NCBI GenBank assembly: GCA_041694885.1
Contig: JBGFRX010000033.1
Span: 1-20,462, forward strand
DNA from: Candidatus Micrarchaeota archaeon
Lineage (GTDB): Archaea; Micrarchaeota; Micrarchaeia; Anstonellales; Bilamarchaeaceae
Direction of reading: 5' to 3'
Length of the DNA stretch: 20,462 bases
A program made the position numbers and the translations under genes. Shown in pieces: positions 1 through 7,116 of this stretch. The notes under the pieces were generated by a model, which worked only from the letters and a program-made list of their open reading frames with translations, ran no database searches and was not told the origin of the DNA. Each line of letters opens with the position of its first letter. The stretch's first letter is position 1.

Positions 1-58
1 TCAGCTTTGCTGAAGGGTTTGCGGACGAAGTCCGCAGGATCAGCCCTTGGTAATTCAC
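1..58 (-). repeat. REP-like / IS200-IS605-end-like palindromic element, truncated by the window edge
   Basis: Hairpins TCAGC-TTT-GCTGA (1-13) and TGCGGAC-GAA-GTCCGCA (20-36), plus AAGGG (13-17) / CCCTT (44-48). The minus strand begins GTGAATTACCAAGGGCTGA, 15/19 identical to 3176-3194 (+). Confidence 0.45.
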
Positions 59-61
59 TTC

Positions 62-943
62 TTACATTGCACGCAGACGCTTTACCCTCTCGTCTATGGG
101 CGGATGGGTAGCGAAAATGCCTGCGAACCTTTTTTCGAACGGGTCGGAGATAAAGAGGGAGGCAGTGGTGTTGGTCGCAGAAGCAACTGCTGCATGGCCT
201 TTTATCTTCTCGAGCGCAGAAGCGAGACCTTCAGGATAGCGGGTGAGTTTCGCTCCGGTCGCGTCAGCAAGGTATTCGCGCTGCCTCGACAGTGAAAGGC
301 GCACGAATTCGGCGAATATCGGCGCGAGAATCGCGAAAAGGAGTGCAAGCAATATGATGTAGATGTTTCCCCCTCTCCTGTTTCCTCCCCCTATTCCGAA
401 ACGCAGCGAACGCCATGCGAAGTCGCCTAAAATCGCTATTGCGCCCACCATCACCACTGCGAGCGTTGCGAGCCGTATGTCGTAGTTTCCTATATGGGAT
501 ATCTCGTGCGCTGCCACTCCCTCCAGCTCCTCCCTTTTCATTTTCCTGAGAAGGCCGCGCGTAAAGACGATGTGACTGTTTTTCGGATCAACTCCTGTTG
601 CGAATGCGTTCATCCCCTCGTCTTCCATCACCCATACCTTGGGTTTTGGGATTCCTGCTGCGAGCGCAAGCCCCTCCACTACGTTCTGTATGAACGGTTC
701 CTCGTTCTCCTGGAGTTCGCGCGCGCCGGTTATGCTCAAAATCATTCGTGCACCTGCGCCGTAAGCGAGCCATACGTAAAGCGCTGCGGGAATGAACGCT
801 GCGAACAGGTAGGGGCCGCGCAGACCCATGATATAAGAGAATACCATTACTGCAGCTGCAAGCAGTGCTCCCATGAATAGCATCAGCAATAGGGAGTTTC
901 TCTTGTTCGCTTCTATCGCGTCGAAAATATTTACTTTCTCCAT
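62..943 (-). CDS. htpX: M48 family membrane zinc metalloprotease HtpX
   Basis: NAFATG, HEISH (HExxH), SRQREYLADA and FATHPP motifs, with TM segments; lies downstream of lemA. Confidence 0.95.
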   Translation of the reverse strand: MEKVNIFDAIEANKRNSLLLMLFMGALLAAAVMVFSYIMGLRGPYLFAAFIPAALYVWLAYGAGARMILSITGARELQENEEPFIQNVVEGLALAAGIPKPKVWVMEDEGMNAFATGVDPKNSHIVFTRGLLRKMKREELEGVAAHEISHIGNYDIRLATLAVVMVGAIAILGDFAWRSLRFGIGGGNRRGGNIYIILLALLFAILAPIFAEFVRLSLSRQREYLADATGAKLTRYPEGLASALEKIKGHAAVASATNTTASLFISDPFEKRFAGIFATHPPIDERVKRLRAM

Positions 944-978
944 CTGCTCAGGCCCCTAAAGCCAAAAAAAGAATAAAT

Positions 979-1548
979 TCAGAATTCGACCTTCACCGGC
1001 CCTTTCTCGGTTTTCGCTGCCTCGAAGAACTGGTTTTCCCTGAAGCTGAACATACCGGCGATAACGTTGATCGGAAACTGCTTTATCGAGGTATTGTATT
1101 CCATGACCGTGTCGTTGTACGCCATGCGCACGTAGGAGATCTTGTTTTCGGTCCCGGCAAGCTCGTCCTGCAATGCCTTGAAGTTCTCATTTGCCCTAAG
1201 TTGTGGATAGTTCTCTGCGACCGCGAAAATCGACTTGAGCGCACCTGTGAGCAGGTCGTTCGCCTTTGCTCTCTGTGCAGGACTCCCGGTAACTATCTGC
1301 GTACGCAGGTTCGTGATTTCCTCGAGCGTGCCTTTTTCGTGCTTTGCATATCCCTTCACCGTGTTCACGAGATTGGGGATGAGGTCGTACCTTCTTTTCA
1401 GCTGTACGTCTATCTGCGCCCATGCGTTGTCTATTCTCACTTTCAGCTGCACGAGCCGGTTGTACACTAGGATGAACGCGAGCGCAACCAGAAGCAGAAC
1501 CACCACTGCGCCTATCAACAAGAACATTATTCCTCCAGTAGCAAACAT
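979..1548 (-). CDS. lemA: LemA family protein
   Basis: N-terminal TM helix, YNRLV, IDVQLKRRYDLIPNLV and AVAENYPQLRANENF. ATG 1548 chosen because a GGTGA SD lies just upstream. Confidence 0.95.
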   Translation of the reverse strand: MFATGGIMFLLIGAVVVLLLVALAFILVYNRLVQLKVRIDNAWAQIDVQLKRRYDLIPNLVNTVKGYAKHEKGTLEEITNLRTQIVTGSPAQRAKANDLLTGALKSIFAVAENYPQLRANENFKALQDELAGTENKISYVRMAYNDTVMEYNTSIKQFPINVIAGMFSFRENQFFEAAKTEKGPVKVEF

Positions 1549-1579
1549 TCCAATCACCAAAAAGGATTTTATAGGAAAT

Positions 1580-1625
1580 TTTATTTAAACTTATTCCTGT
1601 GCGGGCAAAACAATTAAAAACCTTT
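1580..1625. promoter_or_regulatory. Divergent archaeal TATA promoters for lemA (-) and the 511-aa ORF (+)
   Basis: TTTAAATA on the minus strand near 1582-1589. TTAAAAA on the plus strand at 1614-1620, about 25 nt before ATG 1644, suggesting a leaderless mRNA. Confidence 0.55.
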
Positions 1626-1643
1626 TAGTACACATATTGCAAC

Positions 1644-3179
1644 ATGAAAACCGAATTGCTCTGGATTAATACCAATAATTTGCAGAAAAATGGGGGCAAT
1701 GCTACTCGAGGGATTGTACCTGCGCTGGAGGCGAAAACAACTCTTTCAAACCAGGAAAAATACGAGAGGATTGCACGTGAATTAGCCCGCCTGGCGACCA
1801 AACTTGGGGAATTTTACCAGATGCGTGCAGAGCTTATTGAAAACACCTGGAATAGCTGCAGGAAGCTTTTCGAACGGTGCGAGAATCAGAAGAGGGAGTT
1901 TTTGGATTACGCAAGCATCTGCGCCCCCTTGCAGTTTATTGGGCAATCCAAACCGCTTTACATGCACGATCCGCTTTTCCTGGAGAATGCCAAGGCGGCG
2001 CTGAAAGATGCGTTTGCCAACAAAGGCGTTTCGTACGATATCCTTAGTGCCCCTTTCTGTTGCGAGGCGGAGATAGGTGGTAGGAAGCAAGAGGTAAACT
2101 TCTCAATACAACTTCTCGTCAGGAGCATGGAGAAAGAGCCATTTCTCGTTGATATTGCGCAGGAAGTGCACGGACAGGTAGCCAAGGCAGAAAAAATAGT
2201 ACGCTGCGAAAATGAATTGGGAAAGGACTATGGGGATGCGGTTGCCGCGTTCAGGAAGGATGCGGAATACTTTTTCATATTCTGCTGCACGCAGGTAATT
2301 GAAACAGGTGGAACGTTGATGAAGTGCGTTGTCAGCAATGTCGTGAAAAAATGGAAAGAAAGCAATCTTAAGGAAGACCTCGTAGATGCGTTCACACCTT
2401 ACATTATGGTTCCTGTTCCAGGAATGGATGAGTGGCGGCGCAGAGTGAGAGAAAGACTTTCCCTAATCTATGACTCCATAAAGCCGAACAACGGACACCA
2501 TGGCAATCTTGCCATAATAAGGGAGTTTTATCGAAAGATGGTCAGATATCAACGTTCGCTTGTGCCTAAAATCGTATCGCATACGCTGGCCCATACTGTA
2601 GCTGAAGTGCAGCAGCAGCTGGATTCGGAGGGAATAGGAAAGAATGCGATGAAGGAAAAGGAAATCAGAACCATCGTAGGCGCTGTGAGCACGGACTATT
2701 TCAATGGCTTGATGGAAGTGTGGGCTGGAGATGGCGCGAAAATAATAATCGTGGAGAACGATTGTGAAGGAGAGTATGGGAAATTTTTGGATGAGGTATA
2801 CAAAAAAGTCGTAAGCGAAATAAGGAAAAGGAGCGAGGAAATGGCAGGGAAAGCCGCTCATTTGCCTGTTTCAACTGCCGTTTCCGCAGAAATAAATGCA
2901 AAACCCAGGTCCAAACCAGTAGTAAGGGAAAAGGAAGTACACCCCACGGCCATGGAATATTTCCAGCGCGTTATCGACAAGGAAAAGGCCTTTGCGCATT
3001 TCACGTCCAGGGAGAAAAACAACATAGTGGAAAAACTTGCGAAAAATGCTTACAAAATGGGGCACAGTAGAATAACCCGGTTCGTGAACCCTGCAGAAAT
3101 AGTGGATAAGGCAATTGAAACGTGCGGCAAGGAGAATGATAGGAAAGTGTTCGAAATAGTGCGCGAGATGATGGTATGA
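1644..3179 (+). CDS. Hypothetical protein, 511 aa, mostly helical ORFan
   Basis: Long ORF filling the gap between genes, with an upstream TATA box. No family motif recognised. Confidence 0.8.
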   Translation: MKTELLWINTNNLQKNGGNATRGIVPALEAKTTLSNQEKYERIARELARLATKLGEFYQMRAELIENTWNSCRKLFERCENQKREFLDYASICAPLQFIGQSKPLYMHDPLFLENAKAALKDAFANKGVSYDILSAPFCCEAEIGGRKQEVNFSIQLLVRSMEKEPFLVDIAQEVHGQVAKAEKIVRCENELGKDYGDAVAAFRKDAEYFFIFCCTQVIETGGTLMKCVVSNVVKKWKESNLKEDLVDAFTPYIMVPVPGMDEWRRRVRERLSLIYDSIKPNNGHHGNLAIIREFYRKMVRYQRSLVPKIVSHTLAHTVAEVQQQLDSEGIGKNAMKEKEIRTIVGAVSTDYFNGLMEVWAGDGAKIIIVENDCEGEYGKFLDEVYKKVVSEIRKRSEEMAGKAAHLPVSTAVSAEINAKPRSKPVVREKEVHPTAMEYFQRVIDKEKAFAHFTSREKNNIVEKLAKNAYKMGHSRITRFVNPAEIVDKAIETCGKENDRKVFEIVREMMV

Positions 3180-3206
3180 AGCACCAGGGGCTGAAGCCGT
3201 GCCTGG
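3176..3206 (+). repeat. REP-like hairpin (GGC-TGAA-GCC core inside a CCAGG/CCTGG stem)
   Basis: ATGAAGCACCAGGGGCTGAAGCCGTGCCTGG overlaps the ORF stop codon and is similar to the element at 58-40 (-). Confidence 0.45.
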
Positions 3207-3243
3207 AGGAAAAAATAAGGCTGGATTTCCCGCTCGCAACTCA

Positions 3244-3294
3244 TTTAAAAAGGCGACGCCTTAAGTTATTCTGAGAAAATATTCATTCAGGTGA
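3244..3294 (+). promoter_or_regulatory. TATA box and Shine-Dalgarno site of the eL41 gene
   Basis: TTTAAAAA at 3244-3251 and AGGTGA at 3289-3294, 4 nt before CTG 3299. Confidence 0.7.
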
Positions 3295-3298
3295 TTTT

Positions 3299-3412
3299 CT
3301 GGGAGCAAAGCCGAGGAAATGGAAAAAGAAGAACAGGATGAGATGGAAGTGGGTGAAGAAGAAGAGGAAGAGGCTCAAGAGAAGGATGAAAAGAAGAGTG
3401 GGGGAACTCTGA
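3299..3412 (+). CDS. rpl41e: Ribosomal protein L41e (eL41/eS32), 37 aa, CUG start
   Basis: Manual translation gives (M)GAKPRKWKKKNRMRWKWVKKKRKRLKRRMKRRVGEL*, with the eL41 signature PRKWKKKxRMRWKW. SD AGGTGA precedes it and it ends just before the convergent stop at 3417. Not in the ORF track. Confidence 0.93.
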   Translation: MGAKPRKWKKKNRMRWKWVKKKRKRLKRRMKRRVGEL

Positions 3413-3416
3413 GTTT

Positions 3417-4754
3417 TCAGTTTTCTGTTTCGAGTTCTGTAATTATTTTTTCATATTCCTTAACCAGTTTTTCTGTCTTTTCTTTTGTTTTCGCCTCTGC
3501 GAATACCCTTATGTAGTCCTCGGTTCCTGAGGCGCGCACAATAACCCAGGAGTCCGGGAAATTTATCCGCACTCCATCCAAAGTAATTGTTTTTTTCCCT
3601 TTCTGTGTTTCTGCGAATTTTTCCATGATTTTCGTTTTCCTTTCCTTTGCAGCCGGAATCCTGGTTTTTGCATTGTAATAGACCGGAAGCTCCGCGACCC
3701 ATTCTGAAAACGGCTTTTCGGCGATAAATTCGAGCATCCTCACCGCGGTCGCAAGCCCGTCCTTTGCAAGCGAGATTTCCTTCCAGATTACTCCGCCTAC
3801 TTCCTCGCCTGCTATGTCTGCATTTTCCCTGAGCAGCGCTTCAGAGAGATAGGGAGCGCCGACTTTTGTGTACATGGTTTCCGCTCCGAACCTTTTCGCA
3901 ACATCTTCAGCAGCCCTGCTTGTCGCAACGGTCGTTACTATTTTCCTTATTTTCATCTTTTTCGCCTTGTGCAGGACGGAAAGCGCGAACACCTTGTCTC
4001 CGACGATGAAATTCCCTTTTTCGTCAACCATCACGAACCGGTCCGCGTCCCCGTCCCATGCAAAGCCCGCGTCGTATCTTCCGGCCTTCACCACATTTGC
4101 CAGTGCGGCTATGTTTTGCTCGCCCGGCTCAGAAGGCCTTCCTGGAAAAGTGCCGTCTATTTTTTCGTTCAGCGCAGTTGTTTCAGCTATTTTCCTGAAC
4201 ATTTTCGAATAAAGGGAGGAAGTTCCATTTCCGAAATCGAGCGCGATTTTCAATTTCGCCTTTTTTATCTTTTCCGTATCAGCTGCAGCTTCGATCGCCC
4301 TTATGTGCTCCTCTGTCGCGTTTTCAATTTTCAGCATGGGCTGTGCTTCGCTCCATTTCGCAAGTCCTATGCTGTCCATCAGCACTTCTATTTCTTCCCC
4401 GCGCTCTTTGGAAACCGAAATTCCGTTTCCATCCACGAATTTGAGCGCATTCCATTCCGGAGAGTTGTGCGACGCAGTCACGATTATCAGCCCTGAGGCG
4501 TTTTCCTCCTTGAGCATAAATTCCGCTGCAGGTGCAGAGCACATGCCCAGATCAATAACCTTGCAGCCCACTGATGCGAGGCCGCTTTTGACTGCGGAAG
4601 AGAGGCATTCGCCCGTGAGGCGCATATCACGGGCAACGAGTACATTCCCTCTTTTGCACCAGACGCCGAATGCTTGCGCGAGGCGCAGCGCAAGCGACGG
4701 AGTCAGTTCATCGAATTTCCCCCGGACTCCGTTCGTTCCGAAATATTTTGCCAT
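3417..4754 (-). CDS. glmM: Phosphohexomutase (phosphoglucosamine mutase / PGM-PMM family)
   Basis: FGTNGVRG, TASHN phosphoserine loop, DGDADR metal loop, GEEVGG and RASGTE. True start is MAKYFG at 4754. Exact sugar specificity is uncertain. Confidence 0.88.
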   Translation of the reverse strand: MAKYFGTNGVRGKFDELTPSLALRLAQAFGVWCKRGNVLVARDMRLTGECLSSAVKSGLASVGCKVIDLGMCSAPAAEFMLKEENASGLIIVTASHNSPEWNALKFVDGNGISVSKERGEEIEVLMDSIGLAKWSEAQPMLKIENATEEHIRAIEAAADTEKIKKAKLKIALDFGNGTSSLYSKMFRKIAETTALNEKIDGTFPGRPSEPGEQNIAALANVVKAGRYDAGFAWDGDADRFVMVDEKGNFIVGDKVFALSVLHKAKKMKIRKIVTTVATSRAAEDVAKRFGAETMYTKVGAPYLSEALLRENADIAGEEVGGVIWKEISLAKDGLATAVRMLEFIAEKPFSEWVAELPVYYNAKTRIPAAKERKTKIMEKFAETQKGKKTITLDGVRINFPDSWVIVRASGTEDYIRVFAEAKTKEKTEKLVKEYEKIITELETEN

Positions 4755-4755
4755 T

Positions 4756-6162
4756 TCATCCCCTGAATATCCGTTCGAGGTCTCTGAGATCGAAAAGATG
4801 CACGTTTTCTCCCAAATTGCGCTTGTTGGTGAACGACTTTGCGAAAAGCGCATAACGTTCGCTCCTTTTTTCGTTGTGCCACTGGAGATGCTTTGCTTTG
4901 TGCTGAAGTTTTGCGAGTAGCGCCTCTGCATTCACGTCCTCGCTCCATTTGCACTCTCCGAAAACGATCTCCTTTGAGCCCTCATCAGCTGAAACAATGT
5001 CTATTTCCAGCTCCCTGCGCTCGTCGCCTTCCCGGTAGAAGCCCCACCAACTGCCTGTTTTTGCGCTGCTCAGCCCCAGGGCAGAGAGCGCCGCTTCCCT
5101 GCACACCTGCTCGAACCCGCGCCCTACGTAGGAATTGAAGTTCTGCTCGAAATTTTTGCTGAACGAGGAGAAGTCGGACGAGTCCAGGTCCTTTCTGAAC
5201 GGATAGACGAACCTGAACCAGAACCTGAAATAGTTGTCCTTCAGGACGTAGAGGGTATTCTTGCTCTTTTCTTCCGCAGTTACAGGCTTTGCCGCGTCCA
5301 CCAGGTCAAGCTCCATCAGGGTGCCGAGGTAGCGCATGAGCGCGGTTCGTTCCACGCCCAAGGCGTTCGAAAGCTCGGAGAGCGAATTCCTGCCTGCAGC
5401 CAGTTCCTTGAGGATGGAGAAATACGTCCTGGGCTCCCGGAGCTCTTCCTTCAGCATTATCTCCGCTTCCTGATAGAGCGCGCTTCCCCTCGATGCCATG
5501 GCGCTTTTCGCGTTCTCGTACGGGCTTTTGCCGGTCTTGAGCTGAAGGATGTACTGCGGTATCCCGCCCGCCATGGAATGTAATTCCACCAGGGTTGAGA
5601 ATTTCTCGCGCGGGAAGAACAGGGCAAATTCCCTGAAACCCATGGGCTCGAGCCGCCACTGGCCAGTTCTTCTCCCATACAGCGGGCTCTTTCTTCCAAG
5701 CACCTCGCTCTCCATGGCGCCTATGCTCGAGCCGCACAGTATGATGCCGAGCTTCTTCGCCCTGAAGCGCTCGTCCCAGTATTTCTGGAGTATGGACGGA
5801 ACCGCGCTGTTTGCGTCAACCAGATATGGAAACTCGTCTATCACCAGCGTGAAGTCCTGGAGCTCCTTTTCGTTCAGGTATTCCATGAGCTGCCTGAATT
5901 GGCTGAACGGGCTGATCTTAAGCGCGTCGTCCCTGAAAAATTCGGCTGCGGCGCCGGAAAATGCCCCCATGATCTCCTTTTCAACCTCCTGTGTTGCGAG
6001 AAGGTAGAGCGCCTTTTTGCCTTTTATGAAACGCTTGAGGAGCTCGGATTTCCCCACCCTTCTTCTTCCGTAAACAACTGCGAAAAAGGGCCGCTTCCTG
6101 CCCTGGCTTTCGAGGAATTCGAGCTCCCTCTTCCTGTTTACAAACTGTATGAACGTGTTCAT
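4756..6162 (-). CDS. Archaeal ATPase (ATPase_2) with wHTH and DUF234 PD-(D/E)xK-like C-terminal domain
   Basis: FVNRKRELE, Walker A GRRRVGKS, Walker B LVIDEFPY, HTH LSELSNALGVERTALMRYL and EIDIV...GECKWS. Start at 6162 inferred from TATA spacing (alternative 6177). Confidence 0.9.
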   Translation of the reverse strand: MNTFIQFVNRKRELEFLESQGRKRPFFAVVYGRRRVGKSELLKRFIKGKKALYLLATQEVEKEIMGAFSGAAAEFFRDDALKISPFSQFRQLMEYLNEKELQDFTLVIDEFPYLVDANSAVPSILQKYWDERFRAKKLGIILCGSSIGAMESEVLGRKSPLYGRRTGQWRLEPMGFREFALFFPREKFSTLVELHSMAGGIPQYILQLKTGKSPYENAKSAMASRGSALYQEAEIMLKEELREPRTYFSILKELAAGRNSLSELSNALGVERTALMRYLGTLMELDLVDAAKPVTAEEKSKNTLYVLKDNYFRFWFRFVYPFRKDLDSSDFSSFSKNFEQNFNSYVGRGFEQVCREAALSALGLSSAKTGSWWGFYREGDERRELEIDIVSADEGSKEIVFGECKWSEDVNAEALLAKLQHKAKHLQWHNEKRSERYALFAKSFTNKRNLGENVHLFDLRDLERIFRG

Positions 6163-6231
6163 AATATTCTTGTTCATACAAATATTTATATGGATTTCGC
6201 CTTTGCCCGGATTTTTATGAACGTGTTCATA
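6148..6231. promoter_or_regulatory. Two identical 16-bp palindromic operator-like sites flanking the BRE-TATA of the ATPase gene
   Basis: TATGAAC-GT-GTTCATA at 6148-6163 and 6216-6231, half-site GTTCATA at 6172-6178. TATAAATA (-) at 6190-6183 is preceded by CGAAA. Confidence 0.75.
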
Positions 6232-6305
6232 CATACGCTCTTTCGGCAAGACCGGCAAAGCAAAGTTATTTATTGGTTGGAGAAGAGAAAGGGAGCGGTG
6301 GAAAC

Positions 6306-6758
6306 ATGACTGCCATTACGCCGATATACGAACCGCCCAAAGAACAGGAAAAAACTATTGCTGAGGGGCTGCAAAAAGAAGTGCAAAAGACTTCTTCTGC
6401 GCTGAAAGGTGCTGTGCCCATAATAGTGGATCTTAGTAAAGAACAGCGGAATACTGCTTACGCGCTTACAAAAATAGTAAAGAAATTGCCTGGAATTGAA
6501 ACCCGCCCAGAAATAACGAATGTGTTGAATCTAACCATTAAAAGCGAGGGCAAAAACATACTGACTGCAAAGGCGCTTGTAGACAAAAAAGAGCAGATAT
6601 TCAGCGTCGAAATTGAAGTAACGAACGTGAAAAAAGAGCCGAAAACTGTTATCCTGACGATTTCGATAAATGACGGAGATAAATCGACTGCGATTCTTCT
6701 TAGCGACAAAAACGGAAAAATCATCGAAGGTTTTTACAACAAACCGAAACAGGCGTGA
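6306..6758 (+). CDS. Hypothetical protein, 150 aa, Lys-rich with a beta-rich C-terminal half
   Basis: ORF with a GGTGG SD-like site before ATG 6306 and AT-rich TTATTTAT near 6266-6273. No family recognised. Confidence 0.75.
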   Translation: MTAITPIYEPPKEQEKTIAEGLQKEVQKTSSALKGAVPIIVDLSKEQRNTAYALTKIVKKLPGIETRPEITNVLNLTIKSEGKNILTAKALVDKKEQIFSVEIEVTNVKKEPKTVILTISINDGDKSTAILLSDKNGKIIEGFYNKPKQA

Positions 6759-6764
6759 TCTCTC

Positions 6765-6881
6765 ATGCCCATAAGCAGCGAGGAGAAGGACGAGCTCGAG
6801 AACCTCTTTTCCAAATTCGAGAGGAAGCTCGCGATGAAGATGGCAGAGTACGAGGGGCGGCTTGCGCAGATGGAGGGATGA
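6765..6881 (+). CDS. Small coiled-coil protein, 38 aa
   Basis: MPISSEEKDELENLFSKFERKLAMKMAEYEGRLAQMEG* fills the gap between flanking ORFs, has GTGA upstream, and aligns with the next ORF. Confidence 0.7.
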   Translation: MPISSEEKDELENLFSKFERKLAMKMAEYEGRLAQMEG

Positions 6882-6882
6882 A

Positions 6883-7107
6883 ATGGAGGAAGTGGTTTTC
6901 CCTGCGAAGCTGGAAAACATGGAGCGCCATTCCGAGGAGTACCTTAAATTAAAGAAGCAGCTTGACGAACTGGACAGGAAGCTGGATTTGTGGCTTTCGA
7001 ATTTTGACAGGCGGCTCACCAAACTGGAGACGAGAGAGCATGTAAGAAAGGGAAAAATCGTCCAGAAGAAGGGGGCGCAGAAGCAGGCGCCATTCAGGAA
7101 AGCATAA
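6883..7107 (+). CDS. Small coiled-coil protein with basic tail, 74 aa
   Basis: MEEVVFPAKL... starts 1 nt after the previous stop, with GGAGG upstream and a heptad Leu pattern. Confidence 0.75.
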   Translation: MEEVVFPAKLENMERHSEEYLKLKKQLDELDRKLDLWLSNFDRRLTKLETREHVRKGKIVQKKGAQKQAPFRKA

Positions 7108-7116
7108 GCTCGTTTT

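Noticed and set aside
3319..3516. 65-aa acidic ORF (MEKEEQDEME...) in the track
   Set aside because: Out-of-frame shadow of the purine-rich eL41 gene that runs antisense into glmM.
4755..4931. N-terminal extension of glmM given by the ORF track
   Set aside because: Overlaps the ATPase 3' end; family homology begins at MAKYFGT (4754).
6163..6258. N-terminal extension of the ATPase ORF
   Set aside because: Spans the TATA/BRE and operator region; homology starts at FVNRKRELE.
7100..7111. 12-mer AAGCATAAGCTC also at 12724-12735, both at gene junctions (possible target-site duplication)
   Set aside because: Encloses housekeeping genes with no mobility gene, and a 12-mer match in 20 kb can arise by chance.
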